NCBI GenBank assembly: GCA_045802455.1 | Contig: JBJMQX010000154.1 | Span: forward strand, 6,925-70,924 | Source of the DNA: Phenylobacterium sp. | Lineage (GTDB): Bacteria; Pseudomonadota; Alphaproteobacteria; Caulobacterales; Caulobacteraceae | DNA: 64,000 nucleotides | Direction of reading: 5' to 3' | Shown here: one piece after another, positions 1-9,369 of the stretch | How positions within the stretch are numbered: the first letter of the stretch is position 1 | How the letters are laid out: each line of letters starts with the position of its first letter | Notes under the pieces: model-generated | The model's database searches: none | What the model was told of the DNA's origin: nothing | The model's input: the letters and a program-made list of their open reading frames with translations, nothing else | Made by a program: the position numbers and the translations under genes

Positions 1-1534
1 CGGCTTCGCCGCGGTCGGCTCTGGCTTTGGCCAGGGCTTCGGGGAGGCCGATGGAGGCCAGGAAGTAGTGGAGCGCGCCCCAGAGGGTGAAGCCGTAGGC
101 GATCAGGATGCCGTGGCGGGTGGCGAGCACGAGGCTTGCCTTGCAGGCCGCGTCGAGCGCTGCCGCCGAGCCCTTCGGCGCGACGCCGCCCGGACAGGCG
201 TGCTGGAAGAGCTCGCGCGGCGCCGACAGGAACCCGCCGACCGACTGGAAGAAGCCGCTCGCATCCGGATGGGTGAAGTGGAAGCTCGCGAAGTGGTCGA
301 TCACCCAGCCGATGAAGGGCGGGCCGCCGCCCAGCGCGATCAGGTTGAGGAAGAAGAACAGGATCGCCGTGGCGGTCGCGCGCCGGCGCGTGTCGACCAT
401 GTTCTGCACCACCCCGAAGGTGGGGCCGAGGTAGGTGTAGGCGAAGATGCCCGGGATCAGGAAGATCAGCGTCGCGAGCTGCCAACTGCCGACCTGGTAG
501 ATCGACCAGTAGAGCGGGGTGGCGATGGTCAGCCCGATCGCCGGCGTAAGCGCGTACCAGCGCGGGCCGCGCTTGCCGAGCCGGTCGGTGAGGAAGCCGC
601 CGATCAGCGTGCCGATGCCCGACGAGAAGCCGCCGGCCAGGCCGGTGATCAGGCCCACCTGGGCATAGTTCAGGTGGAAGGTGCGGATGAAGTAGGGCGG
701 AATGAACTGGCCCGCGCCGTAGCCGGCGAAGGAGACCAGGGTCACGCCCAGCACCATGTTGACCACCGGCCAGCGGGCGAAGAGCACCTTGATCACCGCC
801 CAGATCTCCGAGAACTCGGCGCCCAGCGAGGCCGGCGGCTTCGGCGGCTCCTCGACGGTGACGGCGTCCGGCGAGAGCGGCACGGCTTCAGGCTCGGAAT
901 GGCCGCGCGGCGGCTCCTTGATCAGGAGCTTGATGGCCAGGGCCACCAGGACGCCGGGCACGCCCACGAGGATGAAGGCGACGCGCCAGGAGAAGTTCTG
1001 CGCCAGGTAGCCGCCGATCACCGCGCCCAGCATTGTGCCCAGCGGGATGCCGAAGGAATAGACCGACAGCGCCGAGGCCCGCCGCCGGGGCTCGTAGTAG
1101 TCGCTGATCAGCGAGTGCGACGGCGGCGAGAGGCCGGCCTCCCCGACGCCGACGCCGAAGCGGAACGCGCCCAGCATCAGGAACGAGGAGGCCATGCCGC
1201 AAAGGGCGGTGAAGCCCGACCAGATGACGATCGCCCCTGCGATGATGTTGACCCTGGAAAACCGCTCGGCGAACCGGGCGATGGGGATGCCGAGCAGCGT
1301 GTAGAGCAGGGCGAAATAGAGCCCGCCGAGCAGCCCGAGCTGGGTGTCGGAGATCTTCAGGTCGAGCTTTATGGCCTGGCCGATGGTGGCGATGATCGTG
1401 CGGTCGATGAAGTTGAAGGTGTAGGCGGTGACCAGCAGGGCCAGGACCAGGCGCTTGTAGCCGTTGGAATAGACCGGCTTGGCGGGGGCGGCGGCCTTGG
1501 CCGCGCCGGAGCGGCCGGCGGTTGTGTCGGTCAT
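1..1534 (-). CDS. MFS transporter (Spinster-like), 3' end runs off the left edge of the window
   Basis: Absent from the ORF track because no stop lies in the window. My translation of the minus strand from ATG 1534..1532 gives MTDTTAGRSGAAKAAAPAKPVYSNGYKRLVLALLVTAYTFNFIDRTIIATIGQAIKLDLKISDTQLGLLGGLYFALLYTLLGIPIARFAER... It is TM-rich and clearly paralogous to the MFS at 10081..11472. The + ORF 68..1651 is its antisense shadow. Confidence 0.85.
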   Translation of the reverse strand, partial: MTDTTAGRSGAAKAAAPAKPVYSNGYKRLVLALLVTAYTFNFIDRTIIATIGQAIKLDLKISDTQLGLLGGLYFALLYTLLGIPIARFAERFSRVNIIAGAIVIWSGFTALCGMASSFLMLGAFRFGVGVGEAGLSPPSHSLISDYYEPRRRASALSVYSFGIPLGTMLGAVIGGYLAQNFSWRVAFILVGVPGVLVALAIKLLIKEPPRGHSEPEAVPLSPDAVTVEEPPKPPASLGAEFSEIWAVIKVLFARWPVVNMVLGVTLVSFAGYGAGQFIPPYFIRTFHLNYAQVGLITGLAGGFSSGIGTLIGGFLTDRLGKRGPRWYALTPAIGLTIATPLYWSIYQVGSWQLATLIFLIPGIFAYTYLGPTFGVVQNMVDTRRRATATAILFFFLNLIALGGGPPFIGWVIDHFASFHFTHPDASGFFQSVGGFLSAPRELFQHACPGGVAPKGSAAALDAACKASLVLATRHGILIAYGFTLWGALHYFLASIGLPEALAKARADRGEA

Positions 1535-1795
1535 GGTGCGGTCGTTTCCCCCAATGCGGCGCTCGCGGTCCGGCGCCCGTCGTTGCCGCGGAGGTTAGGG
1601 GAGGCGAGCGGGGCGGGGAAGGGGGCGCGGGCCCGGGGCCCGAAGTCTTAGGGGAGGGTCCGCTTCAGGCGACGCCGTTCAGGACTGGTTCCCATCCATT
1701 GTGGCGGTTGTTCCGTCTGAGTTCGTTGGGCGGAGGTGCGCGAGGAGCGGCGTTGGCTTAACGCCGAAAAGGGCCGTGACCTTCGCTCTCCGCGC

Positions 1796-2392
1796 TCAGC
1801 GCGCGGGGGCGACGGTGGCGAGCCATGCATCGAACATCGCCCGCTGGCGGGCGGCCGAGATGCGGCTGACGCCCAGGACCACTTGCACGCCGATGCCGTC
1901 GACAAGCGCTATCAAGGATTCGGCGGTCTCCCGAGGGCTCACTCCCTTGGCTAGATCGCCCTCGGCCTGCGCGCGGCGCAGCAGGATTTCGAGGCGGCCG
2001 CGCCATTCCTGGTAGCGCAGGCGCATCACCCGGGCGACCTCGTCGTCGTAGCTGGAACGCTCCCAGTATGCGAGCCAGATTCGCCAGTAGCCACGGCTCT
2101 CGGCGGTGAGAGGTAGAGCCAGCGCCACCACCTTGCGGATCGCCTCGCGCGCCGGGACGACGCGGCCGGCCCGCTCCATCTGTTCGCGAACCAGCCGGGC
2201 CGACAGCTCCGAAGCCTCGATCAGGAGTTGGTCCTTTGAGTGGAAGTAGTGGGTCAGCGCCCCGGTGGTGAAGCCGGCCTCGCTCGCCACCGCGCGCACG
2301 GTCAGGCCCGCCTCGCCTTCGCGCATGATCACCCGCAGGGCGGCTGCAGCGAAGATCTCGCGCCGTTCGGTGTGGTCCACCACCCTGGTCAT
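1796..2392 (-). CDS. TetR/AcrR family transcriptional regulator
   Basis: N-terminal TetR HTH (REIFAAAALRVIMREGEAGLTVRAVASEAGFTTGALTHYFHSKDQLL). Start moved from the track start 2434 to ATG 2392 (MTRVVDH). It is divergent from the TonB receptor gene. Confidence 0.9.
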   Translation of the reverse strand: MTRVVDHTERREIFAAAALRVIMREGEAGLTVRAVASEAGFTTGALTHYFHSKDQLLIEASELSARLVREQMERAGRVVPAREAIRKVVALALPLTAESRGYWRIWLAYWERSSYDDEVARVMRLRYQEWRGRLEILLRRAQAEGDLAKGVSPRETAESLIALVDGIGVQVVLGVSRISAARQRAMFDAWLATVAPAR

Positions 2393-2495
2393 GCGTGTCC
2401 GGCCTCCCGATCCCGAACCCCGGCCCCCCTTCAAGCACCACAGGGGCAGGGTCGATGCAACCGCCGGCCGAGGCGTCTACCACAGAACGACCGTT

Positions 2496-2546
2496 ACATA
2501 ACTTGTGTTACGCATCGGCTTTGCATTCACAAAACATGTGTTATGT
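2496..2546. promoter_or_regulatory. Two operator-like palindromes (ACATAAC-N4-GTTAcGc and ACAaAAC-N4-GTTATGT) in the TetR/TonB-receptor divergent intergenic region
   Basis: ACATAACTTGTGTTACGC lies at 2496..2513 and ACAAAACATGTGTTATGT at 2529..2546. The same half-site forms a perfect palindrome at 6453..6470. Confidence 0.5.
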
Positions 2547-2616
2547 CTTCGGGCAATGAAACGGAAGGCGGAGCCCTTCTGGGCCCGCGCCGGACGGAAC
2601 GAGACCGGGGGGAATC

Positions 2617-4878
2617 ATGGGCCGCTCATTCAAAGCCATTCTGTCGTGCGCTTGCGGGACCGCCACGTTGTGCGGCTCCGCACTCACGGCGACTGCGTCG
2701 TTCGCCGCAGCGCCCGCGCCGGCGGTCAACACCATCGAGGAGCTGATCGTCACGGCCCAGAAGCGCGAGGAGAGCGCCCAGGACGTGCCGATCGCGCTCA
2801 CGGCCTTGCCGGGGGCGGCGCTGGACCAACAGAACGTCGTCGGCTTTTCGGACCTGTCCGAGCGGGTGCCTTCGCTGCGCTTCGGCGCCGGCGTGACCGG
2901 CGGCGAACACGTGATCACGCTGCGCGGCGTCGGCAGCCAGAACACCACCAGCGGTGGGGATTCGCCGGTCGCCTATAGCGTGGACGGCGTCTACCTGGCG
3001 AGGACCACGTCGGTCGATGAGGAGTTCTTCGACGTCAACCGCATCGAGGTCTTGCGCGGCCCGCAGGGCACGCTCTATGGGCGCAACTCGGTCGGCGGCT
3101 CGGTCAACGTCGTGACCAATCGCCCGACCACGGAGTTGGGCGGCCACCTGGACGCCATGGGCGGCGACTACGGCGCCTATTCCTTCCGCGGCTGGGTGAA
3201 TGCGCCGCTGATCCGCGACGCTGGCGGAATGGAGGTCCTGGGCCGGCTCGTCGCGGTGCGCACCGAGCACGATCCCTACCAGAAGAACCTGTTCACCGGA
3301 CCGGGCGCGCCGCACAACGGCGACGCCCAGGACTTCTGGCTGGTGCGCGGCGAGCTGCTGTTCAAGTTCAACGACAACGCGGACCTGCTGTTGACCGGCT
3401 CGAACACCTGGAGCGGCGCGCCCGTGGCCACCAAGACCCAGTGGTGGGAGATGCCGGCCCGCTATGTGGGCGCCCAGCCATTCCTCACCGACCCGCGGGA
3501 GGTGCGGAAGAACTCGCCGGAGATGTACGGCAACAATTCCTACTTCGGCTCGGCGACCTTCAACTACAACCTGGGATTCGCCACCCTGACATCGGTCACC
3601 GGCTATGCGTCCAGCAAGTGGAAGCAGTCGAGCGACCCGGACGGTTCGGAGCTGACGCTGGCGACCAATCCGTTCTGGACCCTGCGCCAGTTCCAGAGCT
3701 CGGAGGAGGTGCGCCTCGCCTCCAATCCTTCCAAGAGCGCCCTGACCTGGATCGTCGGAGCGTTCTTCTTCCACGAGAAGGCGCACCAGGACTTCCTGTT
3801 CACCGACACCGGCCTCAACGACCCGAACGCGCTCTTCGACACCTTCGTCTTCCGCAATGGCGGCGACTTCAACACCACGTCGTGGGCGGGCTTCGGACAG
3901 GCGGACTATGATTTCGGGAAGACCTCGCTGGGGATCCCGCTGACCCTGACGCTCGGCGTTCGCTACACGAGCGACAGCAAGCGCGGCTTCGATTTCCTGA
4001 ACTTCACGCTGAGCAGGCTGGGCGCCTCCTTCCCCGCCTCGAAGACCTTCGACCGCAGTTGGGAGCAGACCACCGGCAAGATCGGCGTCAGCTACAAGCC
4101 GTCCGACCAGCTAATGGTCTACGCCAGCGCCTCGAAGGGTTATCTCTCGGGCGGCGGGCTGGTGGGCAACTTCCCGGGCATCTACCAGCCCGAGAAGGTC
4201 AAGGCCTACGAAGGCGGTTTCAAGTCCACCGGCTTCGAGGGACGGCTGCAGCTCAACGCGGCGATCTACCGCAATGAGATCACCGACATGCAAGTGTTCG
4301 TGCAGGACATCACCGGCTCGCGCATCGACAACGCCGGCCAGGCGCACGTGAACGGCTTCGAACTGGAGGCGATCGCCAAACCGGCCGACGGCTGGACTCT
4401 AAACGCCAGCGCGACCCTGACCAAGGCGGAGTACGACCAGTACGTCACCATCGACAACCGCTTCGCGGGCGCCGCGCCGGGATGCGATCCGGTGACCCGG
4501 CTGTGCAACTTCGCCGGTCACCGGCTCGTGCAAACGCCGGAACACACCTTCAACATCGGCGCCCAGTACGCCTGGAAGACGAGCTTCGGCGAGCTGACGC
4601 CCCGGCTGGACGTCTTCCGCTCGGGCGACCTTTTCTTCCTGTCGGCGAACAATCCCCTGGACCGGCAGTCCGCCTACACCCTGGTGGACGCCAACATCAC
4701 CTGGCGCTCGAACAGCGGGCGATACTCGGTGCAGCTGTTCGGCCGCAACCTGACCGACGAGACGATCATCTCCAATGACGGCCTGCAGTCCAACACGCTG
4801 GGCCTCGGCTTCGGCATGGACAACTACGCCTACTATCCGCCGCGCACGTGGGGCGTGCGGCTGGGCGCGGACTTCTGA
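2617..4878 (+). CDS. TonB-dependent receptor
   Basis: Signal peptide followed by a TonB-box/plug region (IEELIVTAQKREESAQDVPIALT). Long beta-barrel with the terminal YYPPRTWGVRLGADF motif ending in F. Confidence 0.95.
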   Translation: MGRSFKAILSCACGTATLCGSALTATASFAAAPAPAVNTIEELIVTAQKREESAQDVPIALTALPGAALDQQNVVGFSDLSERVPSLRFGAGVTGGEHVITLRGVGSQNTTSGGDSPVAYSVDGVYLARTTSVDEEFFDVNRIEVLRGPQGTLYGRNSVGGSVNVVTNRPTTELGGHLDAMGGDYGAYSFRGWVNAPLIRDAGGMEVLGRLVAVRTEHDPYQKNLFTGPGAPHNGDAQDFWLVRGELLFKFNDNADLLLTGSNTWSGAPVATKTQWWEMPARYVGAQPFLTDPREVRKNSPEMYGNNSYFGSATFNYNLGFATLTSVTGYASSKWKQSSDPDGSELTLATNPFWTLRQFQSSEEVRLASNPSKSALTWIVGAFFFHEKAHQDFLFTDTGLNDPNALFDTFVFRNGGDFNTTSWAGFGQADYDFGKTSLGIPLTLTLGVRYTSDSKRGFDFLNFTLSRLGASFPASKTFDRSWEQTTGKIGVSYKPSDQLMVYASASKGYLSGGGLVGNFPGIYQPEKVKAYEGGFKSTGFEGRLQLNAAIYRNEITDMQVFVQDITGSRIDNAGQAHVNGFELEAIAKPADGWTLNASATLTKAEYDQYVTIDNRFAGAAPGCDPVTRLCNFAGHRLVQTPEHTFNIGAQYAWKTSFGELTPRLDVFRSGDLFFLSANNPLDRQSAYTLVDANITWRSNSGRYSVQLFGRNLTDETIISNDGLQSNTLGLGFGMDNYAYYPPRTWGVRLGADF

Positions 4879-4889
4879 GGAGCGTGAAA

Positions 4890-5405
4890 ATGGCCGAGAG
4901 CGGTTGGGCGCTGACCAGCCTCTACCATACGGTGGTCAACTGCCGGGACCTGGACGAGTCGGTGGCGTTCTACCGCCTGCTCGGGTTCGATGTGCTGAAC
5001 GACCGCCGTGACGTGGTGTGGCCAGACTTCGTCGCCGGCATCTTCGGCATGCGCAAGGCCAAGGGACGCGGCGTCCTGATGGTGCTGCCGAGCGACCCCG
5101 ATGGCCCAATGATCGACCTGATCCACTGGGTCGAGCCGGACGCGGCCTTTCCCGACCCGGCGAACGCCGCCGAGGAGGTGCCGCGGATCATCGCGTTCAG
5201 GACCCGCAACGTGCACCAGGCGCACCGGGAGCTCTCGGCCAAGGGCGTGCGGTTCACGCGCTCCGTCTACGAGCCGGACCAAGCGCTGGGGCTGGTGGGA
5301 TCGTGCTGCTGCTACGACCCCAACGGCAACCTTATTGAACTCATCGAGCTGCAGCCGGGTGTCCGCCATTCGCGGGCGAACGAGACCCTGAGCCGACGGC
5401 CATGA
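4890..5405 (+). CDS. VOC (glyoxalase/bleomycin-resistance/dioxygenase) family protein
   Basis: LYHTVVNCRDLDESVAFYRLLGFDV is typical of the VOC fold. Start moved to ATG 4890 (MAESGW), 12 nt after the receptor stop. Confidence 0.8.
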   Translation: MAESGWALTSLYHTVVNCRDLDESVAFYRLLGFDVLNDRRDVVWPDFVAGIFGMRKAKGRGVLMVLPSDPDGPMIDLIHWVEPDAAFPDPANAAEEVPRIIAFRTRNVHQAHRELSAKGVRFTRSVYEPDQALGLVGSCCCYDPNGNLIELIELQPGVRHSRANETLSRRP

Positions 5406-6409
5406 GACGGTTCTTCGAGCCTCTGTGCGACTGCTGCAACGGCGGTTTCAGGATGGCCGAGGCCGATCCGCGGTCCGCCGACCGCCCCGACGCCATGAGC
5501 GAGGCCGAACTCCAAGCCCTGTTCGACACGGTCTCGAACTGGGGCCGCTGGGGCCCGGCCGACGAGCGCGGCACGCTGAACCACATCACCGGCGCCGAAG
5601 TCGTGCGCGCCGCTGGGCTCGTGCGCGAAGGCCGCACGATCAGCCTGTCCCGGAACTTCCCGACCGAGCCGGGTCCGGAAAACCCCTGGCCCGCACAGCA
5701 CCACATGATGATCGCCGGGGATGACCCGTGCGTGCCGGGGCTGGATGGCCTGGAGACCGTCACCGACTACATCGGCATCGCCTTCCACGGCATGGCTTCC
5801 AGCCATATCGACGCACTGTGCCACGTGTTCGCCAAGGGCCAGATGTACAACGGACGGCCGGGGACTGAGGTGAAGAGCACCGGGGCGCGGGCCAACACCA
5901 TCATGGCGCTGAAGGACGGTGTGGTTTCGCGCGGCGTTCTGCTGGACATTCCGCGGGCGCTGAACGTCGCTTACGTCGAGGCAGACCGGTTTGTCACGAT
6001 AGCGGACCTGGAGACCGCCGAGCAGGCGGCTGGCGTTGCGGTCGGCAAGGGCGACATCCTAATCGTCCGTTTCGGGCGCGACCCGCGCCGCGCCGCCAAA
6101 AAGGACCAGTTGGTGCCCGGCATGCACCCGCGCGTCTGCGAATGGCTGCATGCGCGGGAGGTGGCGGTGCTGGGCGGCGATGGCGTCTCGGACCCGATTC
6201 CGCCGGGGCAGCTCCATCGCGACTGGGCGATGCCGATCCACGCGATCGCGCTCGCCGGCATGGGCTTGCACCTTCTGGACAATCTCGACCTCGAGCCGCT
6301 CGCACAAATCTGCGAGTCGCTGAGCCGCTGGGAATTTCAGCTGGCGCTCGCCCCCCTACGCATCGAAGGCGGCACGGGCTCGCCTCTCAACCCGATCGCG
6401 GTGTTCTAG
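5402..6409 (+). CDS. Cyclase family protein (kynurenine-formamidase-like fold)
   Basis: WGPADERGTLNHIT and FHGMASSHIDALCH resemble the HxGTHxDxPxH metal motif of the putative cyclase family. ATGA start/stop overlap with the VOC gene. Confidence 0.75.
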   Translation: MRRFFEPLCDCCNGGFRMAEADPRSADRPDAMSEAELQALFDTVSNWGRWGPADERGTLNHITGAEVVRAAGLVREGRTISLSRNFPTEPGPENPWPAQHHMMIAGDDPCVPGLDGLETVTDYIGIAFHGMASSHIDALCHVFAKGQMYNGRPGTEVKSTGARANTIMALKDGVVSRGVLLDIPRALNVAYVEADRFVTIADLETAEQAAGVAVGKGDILIVRFGRDPRRAAKKDQLVPGMHPRVCEWLHAREVAVLGGDGVSDPIPPGQLHRDWAMPIHAIALAGMGLHLLDNLDLEPLAQICESLSRWEFQLALAPLRIEGGTGSPLNPIAVF

Positions 6410-6452
6410 GCATGCGCACGCGCTGCCTGCCGCAGCCTACCCCCGACCCGAT

Positions 6453-6470
6453 ACATAACGCTCGTTATGT
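6453..6470. promoter_or_regulatory. Perfect palindrome ACATAAC-GCTC-GTTATGT upstream of the LLM oxidoreductase gene
   Basis: Ends 24 nt upstream of the start at 6495. Same half-site as the two sites at 2496..2546. Confidence 0.55.
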
Positions 6471-6494
6471 CCTGCCCAGCCCCGGGAGCCGCTC

Positions 6495-7694
6495 ATGAAG
6501 TTCGACGTGTTCTGCGAGATCCAACGGGCCTTCCCCTGGAACGGCAAGGATGAGGCGAGCCTGTTCAGCGAGGTGCTGGCCCAGGCGCGCGCGGCCGAGG
6601 CGGCGGGCTTCGAAATCTGGTGGGAGGTGGAACACCACGGCGCGCCGGAGTTCAGCTACTCCTCCGCGCCCGACCTCGTGCTGACCGCGATCGCCATGGC
6701 GACCAGCACGCTGCGCGTCGGCCACGCTGGCGTGCTCGCCCCGTTCCGCATCAACGCTCCGCTGCGGATCGCCGAACGCGGCGCGACGCTGGACCTGATA
6801 TCGAACGGCCGCTTGGAGCTCGGCCTGGCCAAGTCGGGTGGCAAGGAGTGGGAGACTTTCGGGGTCAACCCGGACACCGCGCGCGACCAGGTGCGCGACG
6901 CCATGCGCATGATCCCGCGCATGTGGACGGAGAAGGAGTTCGCCTGGAAATCCGCCGACTACGAGCTGCCCCCGCGCGAGGTCACGCCGAAGCCGCTGCA
7001 GAAGCCGCATCCGAGGCTCTGGCAGACGTGCGGCTCGCCCGATAGCTTCTACATGGCCGGCGAACTGGGCGTCGGCGCGCTGGGCACGACCCTGCTCAGC
7101 CCCGTGGCCTTTCTGGGCCAGATGCTGCGCGAGCACGACCGCGGGCTCGCCGACTGCAAGCAGCCCGCTGGGGCGGCTGTCAACGCGCAGAAGGGCGTCT
7201 TCACCTTCGTGCACGTGGCCGAGGATCGCGCCGCGGCGATCCGCAACGGCGCCGCGTGGTCGGCGCTCTGGTACGTCAACTCCGCACCGGTGGTGTTCAA
7301 GGTGCCGCGGCGCATCTGGTACGACATGATCAAGGCCGGCCTGCATCCGAACTCGGCCCGCGACACCGCCGCCGGCGAGCTGGATCCGCACGAGGTCGAG
7401 ATCCAGCCCGACGACCCTGAGGTGGTGAAGGTGCTCAAGCGCATGGCGGTGGGAGAGACAATCAGCTTCGAGGAGGCGCACGAAGCGCTGGAGCCGCTCG
7501 ACAGTGTGGTGATCGGAGATCCGGAGCAGTGCATCGGCAAGCTGAAAGCCTACGAGGGCATCGGGGCCGACCGTATGATGTGTCTGATGCAGTACGGCGC
7601 TATCCCTCAAGAGGCGGTGCTGAGGAGCATCGAGCTGGCTGGCCGGACCTTGGTGCCGGCGTTCGCGAACAAGGCACGGGCGCCGGCGGCGTGA
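6495..7694 (+). CDS. LLM-class flavin-dependent oxidoreductase (luciferase-like monooxygenase)
   Basis: N-terminus MKFDVFCEI...AEAAGFEIWWEVEHHGAPEFSYSSAPDLVL...GRLELGLAKSGG is typical of luciferase-like monooxygenases. Confidence 0.9.
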   Translation: MKFDVFCEIQRAFPWNGKDEASLFSEVLAQARAAEAAGFEIWWEVEHHGAPEFSYSSAPDLVLTAIAMATSTLRVGHAGVLAPFRINAPLRIAERGATLDLISNGRLELGLAKSGGKEWETFGVNPDTARDQVRDAMRMIPRMWTEKEFAWKSADYELPPREVTPKPLQKPHPRLWQTCGSPDSFYMAGELGVGALGTTLLSPVAFLGQMLREHDRGLADCKQPAGAAVNAQKGVFTFVHVAEDRAAAIRNGAAWSALWYVNSAPVVFKVPRRIWYDMIKAGLHPNSARDTAAGELDPHEVEIQPDDPEVVKVLKRMAVGETISFEEAHEALEPLDSVVIGDPEQCIGKLKAYEGIGADRMMCLMQYGAIPQEAVLRSIELAGRTLVPAFANKARAPAA

Positions 7695-8095
7695 CCAAGT
7701 GCCGGGCCCACGCCGCATTCCCAAGCGGACGGACTCAAGAGTCGGCAACAAGTCAGCTTCGGTCATTTGACAGGTTTCATGGTAACGTCTGCTGACCACC
7801 CCATCCGGCGCTCAGATGTCTGCTCTGCGGCTCGCGCCTGAAGTCAAACCCGAGCCGTGGCATGGCCTCCGCGCGTTCCTGAAGGCGTGCCGATAGTCAG
7901 GCTTCATGGCGACATAGGCTCGCGCTAGCGCAAGCCGCCCTCAGCGGGCCACTGTCGCGCCTCAGTCGGAAGTAGGAGGGAAACACGCGGATGGGCGGCC
8001 CCTTACCTGTCCCGCCGTTTGCGGTACTCTTGTGCTCCGGTTGGTTCCGCGGCGTGAGGTTCGCGCGGGCGCGGGACGCGGGGAGGATCTGGGGC

Positions 8096-9259
8096 ATGGC
8101 GTCGGGCGCCTTCACGGGTTTGTTGTTGCTCGCTGCCGGCGCGTGGCTCGCGGCCAGCCCGGCCCTGGCCCAGGACCTCAAGGTTCGGCCCGGCACCGAC
8201 CGTGTCGAGGGCGCGTCGGGCTCGCTGCAGGCTGTCGCCGCGCCGGCGCCGGTCCTCGGACCGCGGATTGCGCCCGGCTTCTCGCCGCCGCGCTTCAACG
8301 GCAAGCCCGACTTCGGCGGGGTGTGGAACAACGAGACCATCACCGGCGTCAACCGCGCGGCGGCGTTCGGCTCGCGACTTGTCCTGACCGACGCGGAGGC
8401 CCGGATTATCGAGGGCGCCAACGACAGGCTGCTCGCCCGCGCCAACGCGCCCACAGAGGCGGGCGCCACCATCAAGGACATCGAGGCCAAGGACTCCTGC
8501 TCCGGCGGCCGCTCCGGCGCGGCCCAGGTCTGCAACTACGACGCGGGCTGGACAGCGCCCGGCGACAAGGTGATGCGGGTCAACGGCCAGCCGCGCACCT
8601 CCCTCCTGACCACGCCGGACGGCCAGTATCCGAAAGCCAAGCGTCAGGAGACCGCGGCGGAGCGTGAGCGCCGCGCCCGGGCGGCGGTGGGCGAAGGCGG
8701 GGAAGGGGCAAGCGCGGCCGAACGCAACCGCGGTCCGCAGAACGACAACCCCGAAACCCGCGGCCTCGCCGAGCGCTGCATCATCGTGCGGCCCAGCCCG
8801 CCGATGTTTCACGGGCTCTACAACAACAACTACTTCTTCCAGATGGCGCCCGAGCACGTCGCCATTGTCACCGAGATGATCCACGACGCGCGGATCATCC
8901 GGCTGCATTCCACCCACCGCACGGACGGCGTGCGGCCCTGGTTCGGCGACTCGATCGGCTGGTGGGAGGGCGACACCCTGGTGGTCGAGACGACGAACCT
9001 CCCGGAAAGCCAGGCGTATCGGGGAGCATGGCAAAACCTGAAGGTGATCGAACGCTTCACCATGGTCTCGCCCAAGCGGATGAACTACCGCTTCGAGATC
9101 GTCGACCCGACGATGTGGGACAAGCCGTGGGGCGGCGAATATGAGTTCGTGCGCGGCGGACGGATGTTCGAATACGCCTGCCACGAGGGCAACTATGGAC
9201 TGGCGAACATTCTCGCGGGGGCTCGCGTCGAAGAGGCCGAGGCCGCGGGACGAAAATAG
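8096..9259 (+). CDS. Secreted hypothetical protein
   Basis: Start moved to ATG 8096. Signal peptide MASGAFTGLLLLAAGAWLAASPALAQ. The C-terminal part has ordinary, non-shadow composition (YNNNYFFQMAPEHVAIVTEMIHDARIIRL..WWEGDTLVVETTN..FEYACHEGNYG). I recognise no family. Confidence 0.7.
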   Translation: MASGAFTGLLLLAAGAWLAASPALAQDLKVRPGTDRVEGASGSLQAVAAPAPVLGPRIAPGFSPPRFNGKPDFGGVWNNETITGVNRAAAFGSRLVLTDAEARIIEGANDRLLARANAPTEAGATIKDIEAKDSCSGGRSGAAQVCNYDAGWTAPGDKVMRVNGQPRTSLLTTPDGQYPKAKRQETAAERERRARAAVGEGGEGASAAERNRGPQNDNPETRGLAERCIIVRPSPPMFHGLYNNNYFFQMAPEHVAIVTEMIHDARIIRLHSTHRTDGVRPWFGDSIGWWEGDTLVVETTNLPESQAYRGAWQNLKVIERFTMVSPKRMNYRFEIVDPTMWDKPWGGEYEFVRGGRMFEYACHEGNYGLANILAGARVEEAEAAGRK

Positions 9260-9369
9260 CAGGCTCGGGTGAGGCGGTAGTTTCCGCAACTCGAAGCGGC
9301 GGACGGCGGCCCGGCAGTCCGCTGATCACCGCGAGCAGACCCTTGACCGGTCGTCGATGAGGCATGTCG

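Noticed and set aside
68-1651. 527-aa + strand ORF covering the left end of the window
   Set aside because: Extreme R/E/D/G/A composition with no recognisable domains. The opposite strand encodes a clean MFS transporter (ATG 1534, open to the window edge). This is the classic antisense shadow ORF of high-GC DNA.
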